Assembly: GCA_964580575.1 (NCBI GenBank)
Contig: CAZOLJ010000002.1
Span: 31,447 to 95,446 of the forward strand
DNA length: 64,000 bases
DNA from: an uncultured Desulfobacteraceae bacterium
GTDB lineage: Bacteria > Desulfobacterota > DSM-4660 > Desulfatiglandales > HGW-15
Direction of reading: 5' to 3'
A program made the translations under genes and the position numbers. The first letter of the stretch is position 1; each line of letters starts with the position of its first letter. A model generated the notes under the pieces. It searched no databases. It had not been told where the DNA came from and saw only the letters and a list, made by a program, of their open reading frames with translations. This document shows positions 1-8,080 of this stretch, in pieces.

Positions 1-1
1 C

Positions 2-514
2 ATGGAGGCTCAGATAGGCCCCGGCAGAATCGCCCGCATCGGCAGAGGCGGCGCTTTTCTTGCAAGAATCCTTTCATTAGCCAGCATCAGAGGCATTCTC
101 ACAGGGAGCGTGTTCACGAATTTTGAGGCGAACGGATTACCTTACCAGAGTATAAGCGGACAGGTCACTTTCAACAACGGGAACATGGATCTGACCAATT
201 TTCGATTTGTGAGCTACGCCGTGAACCTAAACGCTCAGGGTCGCATCAACCTCCTTGAAGGGCAAATGGACGTAGGGGCAAGATTGAGGCCTCTCGGCGC
301 GGTGTCAACCGCCATGGGGTTTGTCCCGTTCGTGGGACGGGTTGCAGCAGGCCTTACGGAAATCCACTTCAACCTGAGCGGACCAGTGGACGATCCGCGA
401 GTGTCCCTTACCCCGGGCCAAGGCATAGCGGATTCGATCCAGGATCAGGCAAGAGGGGTGGGCTCGATGTTCAGAGGGGCTGCCGACCTTTTTCGCAGAG
501 ACGAGAACAAATAG
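2..514 (+). CDS. C-terminal part of a large AsmA-like/YhdP-type envelope biogenesis protein (5' end outside window)
   Basis: The ORF is open to the window edge. The C-terminal pattern (...VTFNNGNMDLTNFRFVS..NLNAQGRINLL.GQMDV...HFNLSGPVDDPRVSLTP) resembles AsmA-family C-terminal regions. Confidence 0.5.
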   Translation: MEAQIGPGRIARIGRGGAFLARILSLASIRGILTGSVFTNFEANGLPYQSISGQVTFNNGNMDLTNFRFVSYAVNLNAQGRINLLEGQMDVGARLRPLGAVSTAMGFVPFVGRVAAGLTEIHFNLSGPVDDPRVSLTPGQGIADSIQDQARGVGSMFRGAADLFRRDENK

Positions 515-646
515 ATCAGGAAGTGAGAAGAAGAGGGTGATTGAACGTTGAGCATTGAACAAAGAACATTTAGGCCAAACAACTGGTCTCATTCTGGTGT
601 CGGTGATGAGAGAAAAGTTTGGAGAAGGAAATAGGCTTGGCCTCGC

Positions 647-1081
647 CTAGCCTACCAAAGGATTCCTGACTTTCAACCTCGGAAATCGGCTGAAGTCCCT
701 GTCGCCTGACCACAGTTCGGTCACTCCATGTTGCTGGCACAGTGCAGCGATCCTGGCGTCGTGCACCTGTGGGCCGGACACCCGTCCGGTCTGCAGGATG
801 TTTCGCAGCATCACCCAGTAGTCCTCTAATTCCGAAAGCACAACAAGACTTGGCGATTCCAGCCATGCCTCAACTTGGTCGATGGCCTTTGCGAGAGGGG
901 TCGGAGGAGTGTAGATGCGGGGATGCGTTACGATGGCCAGGAATTCATGAATGCACGGCCACGGAATTGCCCATGGCGCCCGACCTTCAGCCAGCTGAAC
1001 CAGGTGCTCAAATGCAGGTGAGTGCCACGGCGAATCTTCACGGTGCGCATAAACCAAAAGGTTGCTGTCGACAGCGATCAT
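647..1081 (-). CDS. vapC: PIN-domain ribonuclease toxin, VapC family
   Basis: The N-terminus MIAVDSNLLVYA carries the first acidic PIN residue and the C-terminus has DRDFSRF. The 4-nt overlap with the upstream antitoxin ORF is typical TA architecture. It is a paralogue of 13190-13642. Confidence 0.85.
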   Translation of the reverse strand: MIAVDSNLLVYAHREDSPWHSPAFEHLVQLAEGRAPWAIPWPCIHEFLAIVTHPRIYTPPTPLAKAIDQVEAWLESPSLVVLSELEDYWVMLRNILQTGRVSGPQVHDARIAALCQQHGVTELWSGDRDFSRFPRLKVRNPLVG

Positions 1082-1335
1082 CCGCCCCGACCCTCATAGC
1101 TCAGCTCGCGGATCTGTTCCCAGGAAGCGTTGGCAATGTGAGGCTGAATCCCTTTGCCTTTGAACGTCGCCTTCCTGAGCCGGAAGCCGTTACGCCGCTT
1201 GTGCTGAGAAACGATCCGGCGAAGACCCTCTTCGATCAGCGCCTTCAGGGTGGTCTTCTCCCGGTTGGCTACCTTGCGGGCTTCTTCAATAAGACTGTCG
1301 GGTATCTGTACGGTCGTTTTCATATGGGTAACCAT
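1078..1335 (-). CDS. vapB: VapB-type (ribbon-helix-helix-like) antitoxin
   Basis: An 85-aa ORF (TTVQIPDSLIEEARKVA..KTTLKALIEEGLRRIV) overlaps the vapC start. The true start may be the internal MKTTVQ at 1323. Confidence 0.75.
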   Translation of the reverse strand: MVTHMKTTVQIPDSLIEEARKVANREKTTLKALIEEGLRRIVSQHKRRNGFRLRKATFKGKGIQPHIANASWEQIRELSYEGRGG

Positions 1336-1363
1336 ATCATCCCGGTTTCAAATGTCAAGTGCC

Positions 1364-1656
1364 GTAACACTTTAGCTGTTTGAAATTGTCACAGAAAAAG
1401 GCCATAGGGGGTCCCTCCAAAAACAGAAAACGAAGAGGGATCGGGAAAGACTTCGCAGGCAAGGGGCAGCGAAGGCGGGCGGCGAGGGGTCACTGGCACC
1501 TGCCCGGAAGAGTTTACCTGGTGAGTTTCCCGGTAGCCCTCCGCCCGCCTCACCCATGGCCCAAAGCCAGCGACGGTGGTGTGGCTTCTTCGTTGTTCTG
1601 TTTTTAGAGGGACCCCCATGGCCTCAGCCATCCATTTCAAACAGCTAAAGTGTTAC
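1364..1656. mobile_element. MITE-like non-autonomous element (about 70-bp imperfect terminal inverted repeats, GTAA termini, 8-bp TSD caagtgcc)
   Basis: 1364-1386 gtaacactttagctgtttgaaat is the exact reverse complement of 1634-1656. The arms extend imperfectly to about 1436 and about 1587. The identical direct 8-mer caagtgcc sits at 1356-1363 and 1657-1664. No convincing ORF lies inside. Confidence 0.7.
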
Positions 1657-1856
1657 CAAGTGCCTATTTCCTGCCACAATGAGTTGAACAGGAGAAAGGA
1701 AGAACTTCTGGAAGGGTTATGGGGACCGCCTTGCGCGCGGGTATAAGTTACTTATATTGGGCTGTAAGTTGTGAAACGCACGCACGGTTGGACAGCCCAA
1801 AGGGTGTGGGGTTGGGCCTTGGCACAGCGAAAATTAGAGAACAAAGGAGAATAGAA

Positions 1857-2765
1857 ATGAAAAACAAGGTATTTGGCAAAATGATATTATTGGTGGCAGC
1901 CTTTGGGCTTGCCTTTGGGTTCCAATTCTCCAGCATCACCCCCGCTTTTGCGGATAATGCGTCGGATGCTAAGCAGCTCGTGGAAAAGTCGAAGATGACC
2001 TTTGACCGATTTGTAGGGATGAATGAGATGGGGACCTTCCGCGACTTACTGAAGAAAGCGAAAGGCGTTTTTATCTCCCCCCAGGTGCTGGAAGGGGCCT
2101 TTATTTTCGGGTTGTCGGGCGGCAGCGGAGTGCTTGTGGCTCGCGACCCCGGAACAGGGAGCTGGAGCGGGCCTGCTTTCTACACGGTCGGTGAAGCAAG
2201 CTTTGGCTTGCAGGCTGGAGGCAAAGCGTCAGAAGTGATCATGCTCGCCATGACCGAGCGCGGGGTCAACGCGCTTCTCTCTCCCAGCGTGAAGCTGGGA
2301 GCGGACGTGGGAGTGGCGGCAGGGCCTGTGGGAGCAGGGGCCAGCGCAGCTACAGCCAACATCAGCGCGGACATTCTCACGTTCGCCCTTTCAAAGGGAC
2401 TGTACGCCGGCATCTCGTTGGAGGGGGCCGTCGTCGCTGTTCGAAACGAGTGGAACGGGGCTTATTACAGCAAGCCGGGAGTGACCCCGACTGACATTTT
2501 GATTCGCAGGAATGTGAGCAATCCTGGGTCGGCCAAGCTGATTGCGGCTGTTTCAAAAGCTGCAGGTGCCACGAAACAGGCTGAAGAAAAGAAAGCGGCC
2601 CCTCCTGAAGGTGGTGGCAAGTATTATGAGGTCAGGTCCGGGGATTCTTTGTACGAGATTGCAAAGAAACACGGCACTACAGTGGATGAGCTTGTTAAAC
2701 TCAACAACCTCAAGGACAAGAACCATATTCACCCGGGCCAGAAACTTCTTCTTCCCGGAAAATAG
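1857..2765 (+). CDS. Secreted SYLF (Ysc84/DUF500) lipid-binding domain protein with C-terminal LysM domain
   Basis: The RBS aaaggaga precedes the ATG at 1857. There is a signal peptide (MKNKVFGKMILLVAAFGLAFG), a SYLF core (GAFIFGLSGGSGVLVARD...FYTVGEASFGLQAGG...GADVGVAAGPVG) and a C-terminal LysM (YYEVRSGDSLYEIAKKHGTTVDELVKLNNL). Confidence 0.8.
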   Translation: MKNKVFGKMILLVAAFGLAFGFQFSSITPAFADNASDAKQLVEKSKMTFDRFVGMNEMGTFRDLLKKAKGVFISPQVLEGAFIFGLSGGSGVLVARDPGTGSWSGPAFYTVGEASFGLQAGGKASEVIMLAMTERGVNALLSPSVKLGADVGVAAGPVGAGASAATANISADILTFALSKGLYAGISLEGAVVAVRNEWNGAYYSKPGVTPTDILIRRNVSNPGSAKLIAAVSKAAGATKQAEEKKAAPPEGGGKYYEVRSGDSLYEIAKKHGTTVDELVKLNNLKDKNHIHPGQKLLLPGK

Positions 2766-2882
2766 CAGGTAGACTCTGAGCAACTCCCGACTTCCCCTCC
2801 CTTAAAGCCCGTCCTCCGTTGCACAGCTACTGCGGAGGATGGAGGAGGGGTATGGGGGAGGGAGTTGATAGGAGGATCTAGC

Positions 2883-3233
2883 ATGAGGAAGAAAACAGCA
2901 TATGTAATCGCGTTGTTCATGGCCTTGGTCTTTGGTCATGAAGCTTTCGGGCAGACCCAGCTTCATATTCAAAACATACAATCCCAAATTGTGGGATCGC
3001 CGGACAGTGCGGGGAACGTCCAGTTCAGTGTCACGGCGACGGCCTTGAATCCGACGATGTATGGAACTGAGTTTTCCGTGCCGGTCCAGGGTTTGAACAG
3101 CAGCGGTTCCCCTGTGACGACTGTGACTCTGTGGGGCCGCATCGGAGGCCGTGAGACGGGGCCTCTCACCGGACAGGGTTCGCTGCCGGAGGCAACCTAT
3201 GGCTCGATCGTGAATTGGACGCAGGCGATGTAG
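2883..3233 (+). CDS. Small secreted hypothetical protein
   Basis: AGGAGG lies 6 nt upstream of the ATG at 2883, and there is a signal peptide (MRKKTAYVIALFMALVFGHEAFG). I recognise no family. Confidence 0.5.
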   Translation: MRKKTAYVIALFMALVFGHEAFGQTQLHIQNIQSQIVGSPDSAGNVQFSVTATALNPTMYGTEFSVPVQGLNSSGSPVTTVTLWGRIGGRETGPLTGQGSLPEATYGSIVNWTQAM

Positions 3234-3262
3234 GCGAAACGTAAGTAAGGAGGTGCAGAGAA

Positions 3263-3658
3263 ATGAAAACAGTCACTACACTCATCGCAATAGCCCTTGC
3301 AGCATGGTTCGTTGGAGGCGGATGCGCCAGCGCGCCGGGGGTTCCCCAGGGATCAGTTTTGACGGGGGAGTACCAAGGCCGCTTCAACAGCCAATATTCC
3401 TGGGGGAACATCAAAGTCAGGGTGTACGATGCTCCTGATGGGTCCAAGCCGGTATTTGGCGAACTCCAGCCGGAGTCAGGCACGCTGATGGGTGTTTTCC
3501 GCGGCCAAATGAAGGGCTCCAGGCTGGAGGCAGAGTTCTTTGAGGCCAACGGCACAGTCACCGGAGAACTGTCTGCGGACGGTAAAACGATGTCGGGAAC
3601 GTTCAGTTTCCCCAATGTCCTCGGTCCGCCGGCCACATGGAACGCACAGAAGAAGTGA
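3263..3658 (+). CDS. Small lipoprotein, unknown function
   Basis: The RBS is aaggagg. A lipobox-like signal is present (LAAWFVGGGC). I recognise no family. Confidence 0.55.
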   Translation: MKTVTTLIAIALAAWFVGGGCASAPGVPQGSVLTGEYQGRFNSQYSWGNIKVRVYDAPDGSKPVFGELQPESGTLMGVFRGQMKGSRLEAEFFEANGTVTGELSADGKTMSGTFSFPNVLGPPATWNAQKK

Positions 3659-3766
3659 CGGACCTATGGCGTAAGCAGACCCGGTTTCGCTCTTTTCCCA
3701 GGCGAAGATCCTCTCCCAGTCTTTCTTCATGCTGAGCAGGGGACATCTGTTGTTCTTCGCCTCGGA

Positions 3767-4546
3767 TCACTTCATGCTCTTAAGCAAATCCGTCAGCGCC
3801 TGGTCAAAGGCATCGACCCGGATCAAGCCTAGGCGGGGAAACTCGATGTCGAGAATGACGTAAACCGTGAGCGCTATGACCAGGGCGAACCCGAAAACGT
3901 GGAGCCATTTCCGGTCCTTACCTCCCGCCATCGCGTAGCCGGCAAGGAGCGCGCTGGCCAGGGCCACCAGGAAGAGCATTCCGAAAATGATGAACGGCGG
4001 ATGCAGTTGGAGTGCCATGGTCCTTGTAGTGGTGATGTCGATCATCTGATTCAAAGCAGGCAGGAGCAGCATCGGCGCTGTTGGGGAGGCCCCTTGCGCC
4101 TGGGAGGCGGCAACGGCCTGGCTCCAGATCTTTTCCTGCAGTTTCTTGACATTGGACAATTGCGTGTTTGCCGCCTGAGCGTCCGGAAGCTTCCGAAAGA
4201 CCTCCAGCCTGTACGCCACATACTTTCTGAACTCCTCCCGCAAGGTCGGCTGTGCGCCGGCAGGCAGCAGGTCGAGACGCAAATAGGCTGTTCCGATCGC
4301 ATTGGCCTCTTCGACGATCAGGTTCCGCCGGTTGTCGAACCGGGACACAGCGCCAGAGAAGGTGAATGCGATCAGGAGCCCGAGCAGGGCAAAAACCGCT
4401 GCCTCGATGGTTCCGGTTCCGGCGCGTGCGCCCTTGGGGTCGCTCGCCAGATGATTGGCTCCGATCCGGCGGCCCACAGTCAGCAGAATCAGCATGCCGA
4501 CAAACAAAGCGAAAGAAAACAATGCGCTTGCGACCATTCGGTCCAT
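3767..4546 (-). CDS. DUF4239-like (bestrophin-like) integral membrane protein
   Basis: There are N- and C-terminal TM helices around a helical middle, with the pattern ...FTFSGAVSRFDNRR.LIVEEANAIGTAYLRLDLLP. The start is chosen at MDRM, which has GGAG upstream. Confidence 0.5.
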   Translation of the reverse strand: MDRMVASALFSFALFVGMLILLTVGRRIGANHLASDPKGARAGTGTIEAAVFALLGLLIAFTFSGAVSRFDNRRNLIVEEANAIGTAYLRLDLLPAGAQPTLREEFRKYVAYRLEVFRKLPDAQAANTQLSNVKKLQEKIWSQAVAASQAQGASPTAPMLLLPALNQMIDITTTRTMALQLHPPFIIFGMLFLVALASALLAGYAMAGGKDRKWLHVFGFALVIALTVYVILDIEFPRLGLIRVDAFDQALTDLLKSMK

Positions 4547-4924
4547 GGTGAGCTCCGTTTGAGGTGAAGTGAGGGGATCAGGGCTGCCCTTTGGTAAGTG
4601 CAAGTCTAGAGAATCCAGCCTTTGCGTGTCAACCCCTAACCGATCAGGCTTAAAACCTCTTCATTTGAAAAGGGGACGGTGCATGATCCACCCGGAACAT
4701 CTGGATCACTATTCCGAAGAAGGCCATGATTCTCGGCATGTCAAAATATCACTTCAAATCTGCTCGTGAATCAAGCCACCAGCACTTTTCGGTAAAGTGG
4801 CATTCAGGAGACCGAGTCGGGACGGCCTTTTCTTCGTAAGATAGAATCAGGCGGTTAAGCGCATAGAATTGACTTGCAGGTCTTTTTGACATAAAAACTC
4901 CTGCATAAGAGTGGGGGATAAGCA

Positions 4925-5254
4925 ATGAGTACACTCCAGGAGACCGAGAAACTCCTCTCTCAGATGACACGGGGAGAAAAGGCGCAGGTACTCCAATGGG
5001 TGGTGCGTGACCTAGGCGAAGCTTTTCCGGGGATCGAGAGTCAGCCTGGTGTTTCAGGCGGGGAAGCGTGCATCGTTCGCACCCGTATCCCGGTCTGGGT
5101 ACTGGTGCGGGCCAGACAACTGGGAACACCGGAAGCAGAGTTGCTCCGAAGTTATCCAAGTCTGCGCGCAGAGGACCTGGCCAACGCGTGGGCCTATTAC
5201 CGCGGACACCGCGATGAAATTGACCAGCAAATCCGCGAGAATGAAGAGGCCTAA
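4925..5254 (+). CDS. DUF433-domain protein (antitoxin-like partner)
   Basis: The motif GVSGGEACIVRTRIPVWVLV..LG..EAELLRSYPSLRAEDLANAWAYY is typical of DUF433. Confidence 0.8.
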   Translation: MSTLQETEKLLSQMTRGEKAQVLQWVVRDLGEAFPGIESQPGVSGGEACIVRTRIPVWVLVRARQLGTPEAELLRSYPSLRAEDLANAWAYYRGHRDEIDQQIRENEEA

Positions 5255-5258
5255 AGGA

Positions 5259-5600
5259 ATGGCGCGCCTTTATGCGAACGAGAACCTCCCACTCCCGACT
5301 GTTGAAGAATTGAGGCGTCTGGGACACGACACGCTGACCTCTCATGAGGCTGGTAAGTCTGGACAGGCAATGCCTGATGAAGACGTTCTGAGATTCGCCA
5401 GCCACGAGAACAGAATGTTGTTGACGCTCAACCGGAAGCTCTTTATCCGCCTTCACGCGGAAAGCCCTGACCACGCAGGCCTTATCGTATGCGCGTTTGA
5501 TACCGACTTCAGCGCCTTGGCCCATCGCATCCATGCGGCCATCGGGTCGGCAGCCAACCTTTCAGGTCAACTTATCCGAGTTAATCGCCCTCCGACCTAA
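5259..5600 (+). CDS. DUF5615-family PIN-like nuclease (toxin-like partner of DUF433)
   Basis: MARLYANENLPLPTVEELRRLGHDTLT..G.SGQAMPDEDVLRFA..ENRMLLTLNRK.F matches the DUF5615 pattern. It lies immediately downstream of the DUF433 gene. An alternative start at 5241 overlaps that gene's stop. Confidence 0.75.
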   Translation: MARLYANENLPLPTVEELRRLGHDTLTSHEAGKSGQAMPDEDVLRFASHENRMLLTLNRKLFIRLHAESPDHAGLIVCAFDTDFSALAHRIHAAIGSAANLSGQLIRVNRPPT

Positions 5601-5750
5601 TGCAGGCCTTTGGCCTCACCCAGAGAGTGCCAGAGCCCCGAATAGAGTGGCATGGTAGGGTCCAGCCTACGCGTTGAGCTGAACTGCAAGGATGCTGAGG
5701 AATGACCATTATCTAATACAAACGCAATAAGTCCTTTGCCGCTGAACGGC

Positions 5751-5910
5751 ACCCCCTCCCCCTCTCCCCCAGCTTGGGGGAGAGGTTTACCCGCCTCTGG
5801 CGGGTGACCTCCCCCATCAAGGGGAAGGAGATATTTCTACAGTTTTGGCAAACTGGTAATGAAGTGCCCCCTTTGAGGGGGCAACCTGAGGCCACCCGCT
5901 CCGAGGGTGG
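5751..5910. repeat. Array of four C-tract/G-tract hairpin modules (dispersed GC-rich repeat family, copy A)
   Basis: The hairpins are cctctccccca-gc-tgggggagagg (5761-5785), cccgcc-tct-ggcggg (5790-5804), tgccccc-tttga-gggggca (5865-5883) and ccaccc-N7-gggtgg (5892-5910). The 20-mer at 5805-5824 recurs inverted at 41178-41197, and the 15-mer at 5790-5804 recurs at 49603-49617. Confidence 0.7.
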
Positions 5911-6379
5911 AGCCTCACTCTACGGCCGCTACAACCTGGGCAACCTGTACACTGCGCTCAACGAACCGCAGGAGGCTGTCCGGAACTACGAGGCTGCTCT
6001 CAAAATCGATGATCTCTTTTACCCGGCCAAAGTCAACCTGGCCATGCTGTACAATTCGAGGGGTGAAAACGAAAAAGCGGAGAAACTGTTCCGCGAAGTG
6101 GTGGCCAAGCACCCCGAGCTCTATGATGTTGCCTACTCTCTCGGCCTTCTTCTCCAGGCTCTAAAGCGTGACCCGCAGGCAGAAGCCTCTCTCCAGAAAG
6201 CCCTGGCTCTGGAGCCTGCCAACATGGACTACCTCTATGCCCTGGCTGACTTCTACCTCAAAGGTCACCGTTTCACAGACGCCCGAAAGGTGGCTGAAAG
6301 AATGGTTGCGGAACACCCCAATCAGAGGATGGGCCGCGAGATTCTGGAGCTCATCGAGCGACGCCTGAGAAACCAGTAA
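5774..6379 (+). CDS. TPR-repeat protein, probably a 5'-truncated remnant
   Basis: Clear TPR units run from about residue 50 (NLGNLYTALNEPQEAVRNYEAALKID..., PAKVNLAMLYNSRGENEKAEKLF...). The first roughly 45 codons of the ORF are encoded by the repeat array, and there is no credible start or RBS in front of the TPR part. Confidence 0.45.
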   Translation: MGERFTRLWRVTSPIKGKEIFLQFWQTGNEVPPLRGQPEATRSEGGASLYGRYNLGNLYTALNEPQEAVRNYEAALKIDDLFYPAKVNLAMLYNSRGENEKAEKLFREVVAKHPELYDVAYSLGLLLQALKRDPQAEASLQKALALEPANMDYLYALADFYLKGHRFTDARKVAERMVAEHPNQRMGREILELIERRLRNQ

Positions 6380-6881
6380 ACAGTGATCAGTGGCGAGTGA
6401 ACGGTGAGCATTTTTCGCTGGATAGTGGTCAGTAAGCAAGGGAGTTGGCGCGGACAAGGCTCTACTTGTCCGTGAAGCAGGAGAGCGTTCAGGCCAGGGC
6501 AAAGATAACCCGACATGGCCTTAAGTTCTGTTTACGTTCATGCGCAATTGACAGGGTTTACTGAAACGGATGTTATTCCGGTTTGGTTGAACTAAATAGG
6601 AGGAGCATCCGCGGGTACACGAGGGAATCGATATCTTGCCTTGGCGTCATTTCCTGAAGATGCTCTGGAACGGGGAAGTGATCTCCTAGGCGCAGTGACG
6701 AGAGGCTTGTGCCGGCCCAAAAATTAGCGAGAACTGATTTACAAATGGACGTCCCTTTCTTATGTGTGGGTTGGGATCAGCAACAACGGTCGTGCGGATG
6801 AACTCGATTTGGCGGTACGCGACGGCAGAATGCAACGTGGAGAAGCATGACATCTCGGGACTGAGACCATTTCGTTGATAA

Positions 6882-6903
6882 TAATATACAAATTTGTATA
6901 TTA
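6882..6903. repeat. Perfect 22-bp AT-rich palindrome
   Basis: taatatacaaatttgtatatta reads identically on both strands. Confidence 0.8.
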
Positions 6904-7199
6904 GATAGCGGATTCCTGAAACCAGAGGCGATCCTTATCTGCCCCAGAGGCGCCGGGTGGAAGAAGGCGGTGGGTCAAACATGTTCCAGGAAAAACGAGC
7001 CAGACAATCTGAACTGCTCCAATTGCTGCTGTTGGATAATCTCTATGCGCAATAATGATCCGCGCATTGGACTCGGATTTAGCACGGTTCATCCCCCAGA
7101 ATGTCGTTTCGGTGTACCGGAAGGATAGCTTTCGCCCTGTCATCAATACGGTCGGAGATTTGACCCGTGAGATCTGGGATCAAGGCATGAGGGAGTATT

Positions 7200-7896
7200 A
7201 TGAAACCGATGGTCGATGAAAGATCTACTCTGAAGCGCCTGAAACTCATGCCTGTCCTTTTTCGGAAACAGGATGCGGAGAAGGTAACCCCTCATGCTGC
7301 GATCTTCTTATCCCGGGCTCTAAAAAAAGGGGCTGGTGCATCGACTCAATCGCGGGAATTACATCAACTCTTTCTTGCGCGGCTTTCCCCGCGTGGAAGA
7401 AGTAGCCTGCTTTATGCGGCCGCCGGCGTATGTTACCGGCGAATGGGCCTTGAACTACCACGGCATCACCCTGCAATCTCCCGTCGTCTGCACTGTAGCC
7501 ACCTTGGGATCCGCTGTGGGCAGACAGCATAGCATTGAGTATCAGGGCGTTGCGATTGAGTTTTCGAGAATCTCCCCTGCCCTTTTTTTTGGGTTTAGCC
7601 GGATCGATCATTTCTATATGGCCACGCCGGAAAAAGCGATCCTGGATACCTTTTACTTAAGGAAAGCCCTTCCGACTCCGGATGAGTTGGAAGTGGGCGG
7701 CATTGACCTCGACGCTTTGAAAGAAATGGCCGGGAAATTTCCCCAAACCGTATTGAAAGGGATCGCCAGAGGCGGACTGCCTTTTGATCTGCAGGCGCGC
7801 AACAAAAGAACAACGAAGGCGATCAAGAACTTGAGGGCGGGCAAAGGGAAAAGATTCTCGACTTCAAGGGAGCTGTTCAAAGACTTGGGAATCTGA
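7200..7896 (+). pseudogene. AbiEi-family (type IV TA) antitoxin-like gene, frameshifted, with a RelB/DinJ-like C-terminal tail
   Basis: The frame-0 ORF (7200-7532) gives ..VLFRKQDAEKVTPHAAIFLSRALKKG. The +1 frame continues LVHRLNRGNYINSF...PAYVTGEWALNYHGIT...YMATPEKAILDTFYL, which is AbiEi-like. The switch point is the A7G4 run at 7322-7332. The last roughly 40 codons (GGLPFDLQARNKRTTKAIKNLRAGKGKRFSTSRELFKDLGI) resemble the C-terminus of E. coli DinJ as I remember it. Confidence 0.55.
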
Positions 7897-8080
7897 GGCT
7901 GTGTGTTTCATCGGACGTGATACCCAAAAGGGACAGCCATTCCCTCTTGCCGAAATAGAGGCTTTCTGCCGAGGTATCGGCATCTCTCCTTAGGTCCCAT
8001 TCACCTAAAATTGCTGCCCTCTTTGGAAAAGCGCTTTACTGTTAACACATTAGGCATAAGGGGCCAGCCAACAATCCTGC

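Noticed and set aside
6901-7146. 81-aa minus-strand ORF as a toxin partner of the AbiEi-like gene
   Set aside because: It has no RBS, no recognisable family motif and a divergent orientation. It is kept only as a note within the non-coding interval finding.
7320-7335. Programmed +1 ribosomal frameshift in the AbiEi-like gene
   Set aside because: There is no known precedent for this family and no stimulatory structure evident. A mutational or sequencing homopolymer error in a decaying, toxin-less locus is more parsimonious.
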